From the NCBI GenBank assembly GCA_027492035.1, contig JAOZFT010000004.1, forward strand, positions 96,001 through 160,000: a stretch of 64,000 nt of DNA, given 5' to 3'. The notes beneath the pieces are model-generated. The model ran no database searches. It was not told where the DNA came from and saw only the letters and a program-made list of their open reading frames with translations. Source of the DNA: Thermoproteota archaeon. GTDB taxonomy: Archaea > Korarchaeota > JAOZGF01 > JAOZFZ01. Position 1 is the first letter of the stretch. Every line of letters begins with the position of its first letter. Below, one piece after another: positions 20,300 to 29,348 of the stretch. Both the position numbers and the translations under genes were made by a program.

Positions 20300-21412
20300 T
20301 TGTTTAGGATGACAGATTTATGTTTCATATCTAACAGTTTTCCTCCGGATAAAGTTGGCAGCAAAGAATATTACGCGTTTCACGTATACAACCGCGTAAA
20401 ACCAATTTGGGATGTAAAAGTAATAACTAAACATTGGTTATTAAAAATTCAAGATGAAAACGTTATCCAACTGGATTTCTGGAAAGTAAGAAAGATAGGA
20501 ACTTACCTCTGGGCTCATAAAGTAGCTAAGGTTTTGAAGGAACAAAACCCAAAACATGTTCATGCCTTCGATTTTAGATCAATTTATTCAGCTTATTTGA
20601 GCGGCTTAAATTTTTCAGGGACATTACACCATGAAGACATAAATTACATATCTAAACACTTTCTTCTCAAAAGAGTTTTTAGGAAATACTTTGAGAAAAG
20701 CGACAAGGTTTTCGTAACCAACTATAAATCGTTAAATCTTCTGAAGAATTCCTTTAAGGATATAACCGATAAACTTGAACTTCTACCTTTAGGAGTTGAT
20801 GCAAATAAGTTTTCTCCCTTTCAAAAGACCAACACTATAAAGAAAAGGCTAAGTCTAGGCGAGAATGTTATTTTGCACGTCAGTGGTGAACTAACCCAAA
20901 ACCAAGAATTAAAAAATTTAATTGAAGCATACCGTAAATTAAAGAAAGAAATAAATGTCTCTTTGCTGATAATAGGGAAACCCTCTGAGAGTTTCAAAGA
21001 TAAGTACAACCAACTTGTTAGAAACAGTCCCGACGTGACTTTCCTGGAATTTGTCCCTCACACAGAAATAAACAAGTATTACGCTTTAGCTGATGTTTTT
21101 GTTACCTTACCTTTAAAATATGACGGTGTGGGTTTGTCCATTCTGGAGGCAATGGCTTCAGCCACTCCTGTAATTTGTCCTCCTTCAGAAATCTATAAAG
21201 AAATGGGGGAGGAAAATATATTAACAGTCCCTAATGTAAAGGATGTTAAGGCACTAACAAAAATTCTAAAGGCTGTTCTAACAGATAAGAAATTCTCTAA
21301 AACATTAGGCTACAAGTCAAGGAAGTATGTGATGGAGAATTATACGATCGAAACAATGATTTCTAAGTTGTCAAAGTATTTTGAAGAGAAAATAAAAAAA
21401 GTGAAATCTTGA
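20300..21412 (+). CDS. Glycosyltransferase family 4
   Basis: GVDANKF, DVFV.., DGVGLSILEAMAS. Confidence 0.85.
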   Translation: MFRMTDLCFISNSFPPDKVGSKEYYAFHVYNRVKPIWDVKVITKHWLLKIQDENVIQLDFWKVRKIGTYLWAHKVAKVLKEQNPKHVHAFDFRSIYSAYLSGLNFSGTLHHEDINYISKHFLLKRVFRKYFEKSDKVFVTNYKSLNLLKNSFKDITDKLELLPLGVDANKFSPFQKTNTIKKRLSLGENVILHVSGELTQNQELKNLIEAYRKLKKEINVSLLIIGKPSESFKDKYNQLVRNSPDVTFLEFVPHTEINKYYALADVFVTLPLKYDGVGLSILEAMASATPVICPPSEIYKEMGEENILTVPNVKDVKALTKILKAVLTDKKFSKTLGYKSRKYVMENYTIETMISKLSKYFEEKIKKVKS

Positions 21413-21478
21413 AAGGCTACACCATATTTCATAACAAGGCTTTTCCGAAGCTAGAAATGCTCTAAGGAATTTAAAAAG

Positions 21479-23074
21479 TTAGGGTAAATATTTGACCATA
21501 TAAGCCCCCAAGTGTTCGTACCCTAGCCTTTTATAGTATAATTTTGTACCTAAAGCGCTTGTTACCAGAATTTTCTCTTTACGGTGCTTTTCACTTATTT
21601 CTTCAGCTAAAGATAAAAGCTTCTTTCCTACACCCTTATGCTGGTAAGCATTTTTTTTCTTGGCACCTACAGGAATCATCTCGCCATAAACATGCAGCTC
21701 ACGAACTAACGCTGACTTACCCCTTATCTCCCACCTGAAAACCTTTGAAGAAGGAAATCTGAGCCTAAGAAAACCTACCAATGCGTCCTCTAACTTAGCC
21801 GTTAAAAAGAATTCACGCCCCCCCGAGGCTTCATAACTAGTTATTTCATAACTTATTTCACAGGAACCTTCCTTTTTCTTCTTCAAACGACCTATTTCAT
21901 TACATCTTATGCATTTGCATCTTAACCCCTTTTCATCCATGTATTCCTTAATAAGTTGTCTTAAATTGCTTTTCTTAACACCAGCTGCTATTTCCGGTGC
22001 TGGGATGTCACGTTGAACCCGCATTATCCGCACCCAAGGCGGAACTAAGGATTTTATTGCAGCAATTACTTCAATTGCAGTTTCTAAACTGTAAGGGATG
22101 TACACCCCCTCTTTCCAAAGGGTATAAAGCTTAGTTCCAGGAATAACCAAGGTGGGGTAGATCTTTAACATGTCAGGTTTAAATTTCTCATCCATGAATA
22201 TTTCCTTCGCCATTGAAACATCCATCTTAGGAGTTGAACCAGGTAAACCAGGCATGATATGGTAACATACTTTTAAACCGGAGTCTTTCAGTTGTTGAGT
22301 GGCTTCATAAACATCCTTTACTCCATGTTCCCTATTTATCAAGGAGTATATTTCATCATAAATGGTTTGTACACCTAATTCAACCCTGGTAACACCTAAT
22401 TCCAGCATTAAGTTTATATGTTCCTTTTTTGAATAATCAGGCCTTGTCTCCACAGTTAAACCAACATTTCTTATTTCACTTGACTCAGCAAGCCTTTTTG
22501 TTTCCTCTAGCGTCCTTCCTATTTTATTATTTAAAGCGTCTAAACATTTTTTCACAAACCCCCTTTGATAATTTCTTGACATTGCAGGGAAAGTGCCTCC
22601 CATAATAATTAGTTCAACTTTGCTTACGGTATGTCCTATGGAGGATAATTGCTTTATACGCTGTTTAACTTGCATGTAAGGATTGAATTCGTTTTGAATT
22701 GCCCGCATAGCTGCTGGTTCTTTGCCTGTATAGCTCTGAGGAACGTCGCCAAAAATCGAACTAGGTCCTCCAGGGCAATAAATACATGGTTTATCTTTGG
22801 GACAGGGGAAGGGATGAGTCATAACTGCTATAACATTCACGCCTGAAAGACTTCTGACATTTTTTATCCTCAACAAGTTTTTAAATTGAAACAGCCCCCT
22901 CTTTTCCATGTAGGAGATAATCTCTGAATTTTTGGGGACCCTTCTCAAGTTTAGCCTTTTAGCTACCTTAATCTTTAATTTATTAAGTTGAACAGGGTCC
23001 ACAGTTCCTGAATTGGGAATTTCTTTCAACAATTCTTCAGAGAAAACATTTGTGGACCAGAGGGTGTTTTCCAA
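21479..23074 (-). CDS. elp3: Elp3 tRNA U34 acetyltransferase (radical SAM plus KAT)
   Basis: CPKDKPCIYCPGG, QSYTG.EPA, ETRPD, RELHVYG, QHKG.G. Confidence 0.96.
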   Translation of the reverse strand: MENTLWSTNVFSEELLKEIPNSGTVDPVQLNKLKIKVAKRLNLRRVPKNSEIISYMEKRGLFQFKNLLRIKNVRSLSGVNVIAVMTHPFPCPKDKPCIYCPGGPSSIFGDVPQSYTGKEPAAMRAIQNEFNPYMQVKQRIKQLSSIGHTVSKVELIIMGGTFPAMSRNYQRGFVKKCLDALNNKIGRTLEETKRLAESSEIRNVGLTVETRPDYSKKEHINLMLELGVTRVELGVQTIYDEIYSLINREHGVKDVYEATQQLKDSGLKVCYHIMPGLPGSTPKMDVSMAKEIFMDEKFKPDMLKIYPTLVIPGTKLYTLWKEGVYIPYSLETAIEVIAAIKSLVPPWVRIMRVQRDIPAPEIAAGVKKSNLRQLIKEYMDEKGLRCKCIRCNEIGRLKKKKEGSCEISYEITSYEASGGREFFLTAKLEDALVGFLRLRFPSSKVFRWEIRGKSALVRELHVYGEMIPVGAKKKNAYQHKGVGKKLLSLAEEISEKHRKEKILVTSALGTKLYYKRLGYEHLGAYMVKYLP

Positions 23075-23378
23075 TTCTATATACCCCTAAATTTAATTAG
23101 TTTGGGAAAGGATAGTTTATTAGGGGGAGAGAGAAACTTTAATAATATTCTTTTAAATTCTCCTTAGCCTTTCATGGGAGTAGAGGAAAAAAGGCAGGTT
23201 TACTTACGTTACTTTTTTAAGGTATACCTTTATATTTTTAAACATTGAAGGAATTTTATGGAAGGGAAACGTGAGCATGGGATTTCTTTATTGCTTCTCT
23301 CCTTTTTTTTAAAAAAAAAGGGAGAGTGAATGAAAAAGAGTAAAGGGTGAGAAGACTTTCTGCAGGTTAAAATTTTGA

Positions 23379-23386
23379 GGAGGTGA
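23379..23386 (+). promoter_or_regulatory. Shine-Dalgarno site of rps30e
   Basis: GGAGGTGA ends 7 nt upstream of ATG 23394. Confidence 0.85.
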
Positions 23387-23393
23387 TACTTTT

Positions 23394-23575
23394 ATGCCAA
23401 GAGGCAGCCACAGGTTTTAACCGGCTAGGGCAGCTTGGCAAAGGCAGGAAAGGTTAGAAAAGCTACTCCTAAGGTTGAAGGGAAAAAGAGACGCAGTCCC
23501 CCAGCTAGGGTAAGAAATAAAAGAAATTACATTAAGAGGGTGTTATTGAAAAGAAAAATTGGTCAACCTAAGTAG
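23394..23575 (+). CDS. rps30e: 30S ribosomal protein S30e (eS30), split by a 17-nt intron; join(23394..23411,23429..23575)
   Basis: Spliced product of 54 aa: MPRGSH|GSLAKAGKVRKATPKVEGKKRRSPPARVRNKRNYIKRVLLKRKIGQPK, with the eS30 HGSL..AGKVR..TPK signature; lies directly upstream of nop5-fibrillarin. Confidence 0.92.
23412..23428 (+). other. Predicted bulge-helix-bulge (BHB) mRNA intron
   Basis: Intron AGGTTTTAACCGGCTAG; central helix AGCC/GGCT, 3-nt bulges ACA and AGG, inner helix GGT/ACC, outer helix GC/GC plus TGCCAAG/CTTGGCA. Confidence 0.85.
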
Positions 23576-23609
23576 GGAAGATCCAATTAAAAGACTAAGT
23601 AGGTAAAAA

Positions 23610-24788
23610 TTGAAAATGAAAGCTTACCTAACTGTTTCACCATTGGGAGTGTTAGCAGTAAATGAAAAAAAGGAAATAATTCTAGTTAAGAAATTAAAGG
23701 GGGATATAAACCAAGTAACGGACAAATTTATCTCTTTTTTAGAAAAAAGGACACTTACAGAACTCAATAACGCCTTAGAAGAATTACTAGATATGGGATA
23801 CCGAGAAATAAACATTGAAGAGAGGGAACCTGTAAAGGTAAAGGAAGAAATTAAGGGAGTCATAAAATATAGTATACCAAATAAAGCTGGTTTATTGTTT
23901 AGAAGATATTTCACGGCTTTATCAGTTGAAAAATTTGGTTTCAGAAACAAAAAGGAAGCAAGAAGACGCATTCGTGAAGTAAGTATAAGGGTTACGGTTT
24001 ATGGAATAAAGAAGGATAGATCCAGAAAGGATTTATCGATCATTCAAGCCATACATGTATTAGATGACTTGGAAAAAATGCTTAACTCCCTCTTTTTGAG
24101 GATAAAGGAATGGTACTCACTATACTTTCCTGAACTGTTTGATATATTAGAGTCTCAAGAATTAATAATCAAACTAATTTCCAAATTTAAGAAACCAGAA
24201 AAGATTAACCCACAAACCCTTAAGGAAGAATTTAATTTGCCATCAGAGATTATAAATAAAATAGCGAGTTCCATTAATGAAACTGTTGGGGCGAAGTTGC
24301 AAGAGAGAGACAGTGAGGTTATAGAGGAATTGATTCAGGAGTGGCTTTCTTTAAAAAAGTGCTATGATGCAGTGAGGGGCTACATAGAAGAGGAAATGCC
24401 GAAAGTAGCACCAAACACTTCTTCACTTACAGGGGCATTAATAGCTGCCCGGCTTATTTCGTCAGCAGGAGGGCTGGAATCACTTGCTAAATTACCCTCA
24501 AGCACTATCCAGTTATTAGGAGCTGAAAAAGCTTTATTCAGGTTTATAAGAGGAAAAGGTACACCCCCAAAACATGGAGTTATTTACCAATACCCTTTAA
24601 TAAGGAAGTCAAACAAGAAAGTAAGAGGGAAGCTAGCTCGTAAACTTGCTAACAAGATAGCCATTGCAGCTAGAATTGACATGTTTTCAGGGGGCAGAGG
24701 TGAAGGCAAGCTTCAAGAAAAATTTGTGAGAGAAATCAAAAATATTGTTAAGGAAGAAAGGAATGAAAGTAATAAACAGCAAATTTGA
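23610..24788 (+). CDS. nop5: C/D box RNP protein Nop5
   Basis: IKEWYSLYFPEL, APN, LPSSTIQLLGAEKALF, PKHG. Confidence 0.95.
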   Translation: MKMKAYLTVSPLGVLAVNEKKEIILVKKLKGDINQVTDKFISFLEKRTLTELNNALEELLDMGYREINIEEREPVKVKEEIKGVIKYSIPNKAGLLFRRYFTALSVEKFGFRNKKEARRRIREVSIRVTVYGIKKDRSRKDLSIIQAIHVLDDLEKMLNSLFLRIKEWYSLYFPELFDILESQELIIKLISKFKKPEKINPQTLKEEFNLPSEIINKIASSINETVGAKLQERDSEVIEELIQEWLSLKKCYDAVRGYIEEEMPKVAPNTSSLTGALIAARLISSAGGLESLAKLPSSTIQLLGAEKALFRFIRGKGTPPKHGVIYQYPLIRKSNKKVRGKLARKLANKIAIAARIDMFSGGRGEGKLQEKFVREIKNIVKEERNESNKQQI

Positions 24789-25443
24789 GGGAATTTACTG
24801 GTTAAAAAAAGGTAAGAGAAAGTTCTTAGTAACAAAAAATTTAGTGCCTGGATTTAGAAGCTGTAATGAAGAAATAGTTTATGTAAATGGTCGAGAGTAT
24901 AGAGTATGGGACCCTTACAGGTCAAAAGCTTCTGCAGCGATACATAAAAAGGTAAAAGAGTTTCCTGTGAAGGAGGGGGACCTAATACTCTACCTTGGAG
25001 TAGCTTCTGGTACCACAGCGTCTTATTTAAGTGACATTATTGGTGAAGAGGGAGTCATCTATGGAGTTGATTTCTCAGCTTCAGCTTTATTACCATTAAT
25101 CCAAATTGCAAGGAAAAGGGAAAATATTGTTCCTTTACTCGCAGATGCAAGAACTCCTTCACGGTATATTAACTTCGTCGAAGAAGTTGATGTGGTGTAC
25201 TGCGACGTTGCGCAACCTAACCCTACTAGTATTGTGTCGACTAATTCAAATCTTTTTTTGAAAGAGTCAGGTTATGTACTGCTTGCTATAAAAGCCAGCA
25301 GCATCGATATTTCAAAAAAACCTAAAGAAGTGTACCTAGAAGAAGAGAAGAAGCTGAAAGAGACGGGTTTTGAAATAATTGACTCAGTGAATTTAGTGCC
25401 TTACCATAAGAAACATGCTTTCCTTCTCTTGAAAAGGAAGTAA
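24763..25443 (+). CDS. flpA: Fibrillarin rRNA/tRNA 2'-O-methyltransferase
   Basis: EYRVWDPYRSK, LYLGVASGTT, DVAQP. Confidence 0.95.
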   Translation: MKVINSKFEGIYWLKKGKRKFLVTKNLVPGFRSCNEEIVYVNGREYRVWDPYRSKASAAIHKKVKEFPVKEGDLILYLGVASGTTASYLSDIIGEEGVIYGVDFSASALLPLIQIARKRENIVPLLADARTPSRYINFVEEVDVVYCDVAQPNPTSIVSTNSNLFLKESGYVLLAIKASSIDISKKPKEVYLEEEKKLKETGFEIIDSVNLVPYHKKHAFLLLKRK

Positions 25444-25460
25444 ATTTAGAGAAAAGAGAC

Positions 25461-26597
25461 ATGAAGCTTAAACTTTATAAGGAGGGAAAAGTTTTCTTCT
25501 TTGCTTCCCAAGGAGAACTTAATTCCTCCGCACCTGTTTTCTATAACCCGAAAATGAAACAGAATAGAGATTTCACAATATTAGTGGGAGCATGGCTTAG
25601 GAAAGAAAAGAAAAAAGGAATAAATTATTTAGAGCCATTATCAGCTTCTGGAGTTAGAGGGTTAAGGTTTGCAAAAGAAATTGAGGCCTCTAAAGTAATT
25701 ATTTCAGACAAGAAAAAGACAGCTTACCAAGTAATGCAGACGAACATCAAAATAAATGAGTTGGAAAGTAAAGTAACTCCTTTCAATTTGAAGGCAATTA
25801 CCTTAATGGAAATACTTAAAGAAATGATGTTCTGGTTTGATTTAGTTGACATAGACCCTTTTGGTTCACCAATCTACTTTGTTGAAGCTGCCTCAGCTAT
25901 TCTTAAAAGGAGAGGAGTACTAGCGGTTACAGCTACGGATTTAGCCACTTTACAAGGTGTTAAACCTGAAACATGTTTTAGAAGATACGGAGTAATGCCT
26001 TATAGAACAGATTATTCTAAAGAACTTGGTCTGAGAGTATTAATAAGTTCAGTAATTTTACGAGTCTCTCCCTCTGAAATATTTCTGGAACCTATTCTGT
26101 CCTTTGCAGGTAAGCATTACTACAGAATTTTCTTTCAAGAGGTGAAAGGTTTCAATTATAAGAGATGGGGTTACAATCTCTACTGCAAAAGTTGCTTATG
26201 GAGAGGAACAACCTCAATTGAAGAGAGTCACTACCATAAATGCCCCAATTGTGGAGGGAATATAAAGGTTATAGGGCCATTATGGTTAGGCCCTCTGGTA
26301 TCGTGCAACTTAATTGAAAAATTAAAAGAAATGCTTAGAAATTTTCGATATATAGAAGATAGAGAGAACCAAAAGTTGCTTAGTTTGTTAAGTCAAGAAT
26401 GTTCAGCCCCTCCTTTCTATTTCGATCTTCATTCTTTTTCGTCTAGAATAAGAGTCTCTCCACCAAACATCGAAGAAACAATGCTTAGGGTTAAAGAGCT
26501 AGGTTACTCAGCCTACAGAACCCATTTCTCCTCCACTGCAATAAAATCAAACATTGGCGCAAAGGACTTGACTGAATTGTTACGAAGGAGGAATTAA
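25461..26597 (+). CDS. trm1: tRNA (guanine26-N2)-dimethyltransferase
   Basis: VFYNPKM..NRD, SASGVRGLR, DIDPFGSP, TATD, Zn ribbon, RTHF. Confidence 0.93.
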   Translation: MKLKLYKEGKVFFFASQGELNSSAPVFYNPKMKQNRDFTILVGAWLRKEKKKGINYLEPLSASGVRGLRFAKEIEASKVIISDKKKTAYQVMQTNIKINELESKVTPFNLKAITLMEILKEMMFWFDLVDIDPFGSPIYFVEAASAILKRRGVLAVTATDLATLQGVKPETCFRRYGVMPYRTDYSKELGLRVLISSVILRVSPSEIFLEPILSFAGKHYYRIFFQEVKGFNYKRWGYNLYCKSCLWRGTTSIEESHYHKCPNCGGNIKVIGPLWLGPLVSCNLIEKLKEMLRNFRYIEDRENQKLLSLLSQECSAPPFYFDLHSFSSRIRVSPPNIEETMLRVKELGYSAYRTHFSSTAIKSNIGAKDLTELLRRRN

Positions 26598-26599
26598 TT

Positions 26600-26971
26600 T
26601 CAGAGGCTGTTCAGCCATTTAAGTAATTTGCTGCAGTTATAGCTTCTACGGCGATCAGAGATATTACACTCATGAATGAGTTCACAAGTGAAGCAAGGGG
26701 CACTCTTTATTAAAGAGTAATCATGAAGCACTTTTTCAGGAAAGAAAGGATGATACTTATTCCCTTCGCCGTTAACCAAAAACCCCTTCTTGAGAAGGAA
26801 GTTAATAGCTTCATTAATTTTTTCTCGGGAAATCTGAAGCTTTTTTTCTAAGTCTTTTACTGTTGCCCCTTTTCCGTTGTTGGTTTTACTTATTGCATGG
26901 TAAACATCTAAGTATGTCTCTATATCGATTTGACCCTTTTCCCCCTCCATTTCCTCCATTTCAAACCACAC
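26600..26971 (-). CDS. TFE-beta/RPC34-like protein (wHTH plus Cys cluster)
   Basis: wHTH followed by PCFTC...C...C..L..WL; located beside gar1-srp19-rps8e. Confidence 0.72.
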   Translation of the reverse strand: MWFEMEEMEGEKGQIDIETYLDVYHAISKTNNGKGATVKDLEKKLQISREKINEAINFLLKKGFLVNGEGNKYHPFFPEKVLHDYSLIKSAPCFTCELIHECNISDRRRSYNCSKLLKWLNSL

Positions 26972-27065
26972 TCACCTTTGAAAAAATTTTCCCAAGAAAA
27001 AATTCAGCCAACAAACACCAATAAAAATTGTATTTGCTACAATATAAAAATATTAGGTTTAAAAA

Positions 27066-27269
27066 CTATGAATTTGATGATTGAACCAAAACGTACGGTT
27101 GAGAAACAGGGCCCAGTACATCTACCACTTTGCCTTTTAGGGTTTTCTCCCCCTTAACTGTTACTTTACTGAAGAGCTTGGGTACTTGGGAATGTTTTTT
27201 TAACTTGATAAGAAATTTACTTGGTTCAATTTCTGTCACAATTTCACCTTCAATAATTATGCTTTTCAT
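27066..27269 (-). CDS. gar1: H/ACA RNP protein Gar1
   Basis: GKVVDVLGPVSQPYVLV. Confidence 0.85.
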   Translation of the reverse strand: MKSIIIEGEIVTEIEPSKFLIKLKKHSQVPKLFSKVTVKGEKTLKGKVVDVLGPVSQPYVLVQSSNS

Positions 27270-27283
27270 TGCAAAAAACTTCC

Positions 27284-27571
27284 TCAGCCCTGCTTTACTA
27301 GTTTTTCCCCTATCAACTTAAGGATGTAGGTCTTACTCTGAACTTTTTTGACTTTTAATCTTCCTTTCTCGGTGAACCAAGTTCTTGGGTGTCTTTTATT
27401 TTCTTCCAAGATAGGGTTTAGGTTTAACCTTTGAGCTATTTGGAAGAGTTTTTGGGGGTCAGGGTTTCTAACTGACAATTTTTTCGGCACTTTTCTCCCT
27501 TTTTTCCTCGATTTCTTAGTATCAAAGTATAGGGGGTAAATGATGATGTATTTTCCCTTCTCCTCCTTCAT
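27284..27571 (-). CDS. srp19: Signal recognition particle 19 kDa protein
   Basis: IIYPLYFD..SR..GRKVP, HPR.W...GR. Confidence 0.93.
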   Translation of the reverse strand: MKEEKGKYIIIYPLYFDTKKSRKKGRKVPKKLSVRNPDPQKLFQIAQRLNLNPILEENKRHPRTWFTEKGRLKVKKVQSKTYILKLIGEKLVKQG

Positions 27572-27960
27572 TCTTCTTCAACTTTGACCGCGTTTATAAC
27601 TCCGTTTTGGCCTGGTCGGCTTGTCACTCTTACCAAGCCCAAAGGAGTTGAGAGAATGGCTCCTTTAGTGATTACTTTCCTTCTTGTATAGATTTTGTTT
27701 GCAGGGTTTTCGATTAAGTCTTGTATCTTTGTTTTCTGTGTTTTCTTTGTTTTTGGGTCATAGACGTTCACTACCTCGTCTCTTAAAAGTTTAAATTTCA
27801 CTTGCCCCCTTTTCCCCTTTACTTTTTTAAGTTTTCTTTCCCCTATTTTAGTTTGGGTTGGATAAGACCCTATTAAGGCTTTCTTTTTCGTTTTTCTATG
27901 CCTTATAAACTTCTTCCCAGTTTTCGTCCTTCCTTTCACTTCACCATGATACACAGACAT
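27568..27960 (-). CDS. rps8e: 30S ribosomal protein S8e
   Basis: NPAN..Y.RR.VITKGA, VTSRPGQNGVINA. Confidence 0.96.
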   Translation of the reverse strand: MSVYHGEVKGRTKTGKKFIRHRKTKKKALIGSYPTQTKIGERKLKKVKGKRGQVKFKLLRDEVVNVYDPKTKKTQKTKIQDLIENPANKIYTRRKVITKGAILSTPLGLVRVTSRPGQNGVINAVKVEEE

Positions 27961-28057
27961 GCAAAAGACACCTTTTGTTTAAGAAATATTTTTTGATAAA
28001 GTCTTTTTAAAAGAGATACTTCCCAATTTAAAAAAATGGTAGTGTTTACTCGAGAAA

Positions 28058-29347
28058 CTATGAATAGGTTTTTAAACAATGAACTGAAATTCTTAATGAA
28101 GCAGCAAATAAAGCAAGCTCGAAAAGGCTGAAACCCATCTCGAATTTTGAAACAAGTTCACTTATTAGAATTAGGTAGGATGCTAGACAATGCTCTGCTT
28201 TTCTTAACCTGTAATTGAGTCCTAAAATAAATCCTAAAAGTAAGGGTAAGGAAATTAATTCAGCTAAACCACCATCCATCACGAAAGGAGCGAAAAAGGA
28301 TGCGGTTAACCCTTTATTTTTATGGCCAATGAAATGGCCTATTACTAAATTTGGGTGGTAGTAAGCTGTCCATACACGTAATCTGAGCCCTTCATAGCCG
28401 AAAGGCAAGCTCTTCTTCACTATTTTATTGTATAGACCTATATTTACTCCCAACCTGTAAAGTAATAGGTTAAAAGGGTTAGCTTCATTTCTCAAATTTC
28501 CGTATTGGGAAGAAGCCTTAAAAAAACCAAGCAAAGCCACTAAAGAAAACAGGATAGAAACAAAAAGAAATACTGAAAGTAGAGTTTTCCAGGAGAGGGA
28601 TTTTTTAGCCGTTAAAACTATAAAGAAACCTATTAAGAGGAAAGAGATTAGATCTACTCTGTAACCGTAACTTCCATAAATTAGGGCTGATAAGGCAATA
28701 AACAACACTTTGTTGAATGTTTTCTTTATTTTTTGGAGAGCTGCGGCATAAGTGAACACCCCATAGGCTCTACCTACTGTTGATAAGGGATAGTAAGTTG
28801 GTAAACCTTGAGAAGGAAATAAAAGTGGAAACTTTAACTGAGAAAGCAAAGGAAGGAGGAACATTATGGAGAAAATTGAGTAAAGAGAAAACGTAATCTT
28901 AGGAGAAAAATAAAGGAGATATTTAGATTCTTTATACCCTTTTATGTATTTCCTGAAGTAAAACGGCACCTTAAAAGATGATTCAAAACTGAACCAAATT
29001 GCAGCAGATATTAAGAAACTCTGGAAATCAAATAGTTTTTTAAAAAGGATTTCTGAAATCATGAAGCCTGAGATTACGAAGAAGATAAAGGATAAGAACC
29101 AAGACCTCTTTACCAGAACGAATTCTTTATTGAGCTTAATGTGCAAAGCCAAAAATAAACCGGAATAAATACTAGCCATGCCTAAAACAAAAGTAAAAAA
29201 TGTTTCTAAGGAGGGTTTATTGAAGTTGCTTAACCAATTGGAGGTTGGAGTCCAAAAAAAGGCTAATTCCGCCAAAGAAAGGTATAAAAGGAAGATAAGA
29301 AATGTGAGCAGGTATGGATTAATTAATGTTTCAGTTTTAAATTTCAA
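28058..29347 (-). CDS. Wzy-like oligosaccharide repeat-unit polymerase family membrane protein
   Basis: About 10-12 TM segments, GYR motif, LTASFFAPFVMDGG. Confidence 0.65.
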   Translation of the reverse strand: MKFKTETLINPYLLTFLIFLLYLSLAELAFFWTPTSNWLSNFNKPSLETFFTFVLGMASIYSGLFLALHIKLNKEFVLVKRSWFLSFIFFVISGFMISEILFKKLFDFQSFLISAAIWFSFESSFKVPFYFRKYIKGYKESKYLLYFSPKITFSLYSIFSIMFLLPLLSQLKFPLLFPSQGLPTYYPLSTVGRAYGVFTYAAALQKIKKTFNKVLFIALSALIYGSYGYRVDLISFLLIGFFIVLTAKKSLSWKTLLSVFLFVSILFSLVALLGFFKASSQYGNLRNEANPFNLLLYRLGVNIGLYNKIVKKSLPFGYEGLRLRVWTAYYHPNLVIGHFIGHKNKGLTASFFAPFVMDGGLAELISLPLLLGFILGLNYRLRKAEHCLASYLILISELVSKFEMGFSLFELALFAASLRISVHCLKTYS

Positions 29348-29348
29348 C

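Noticed and set aside
23435-23575. eS30 translated from TTG 23435 without splicing, or by ribosomal frameshifting
   Set aside because: This would lose the conserved HGS residues and ignore the strong SD at 23379. A simple frameshift would leave extra residues inside HGSL. The BHB cut sites match the restoring junction exactly.
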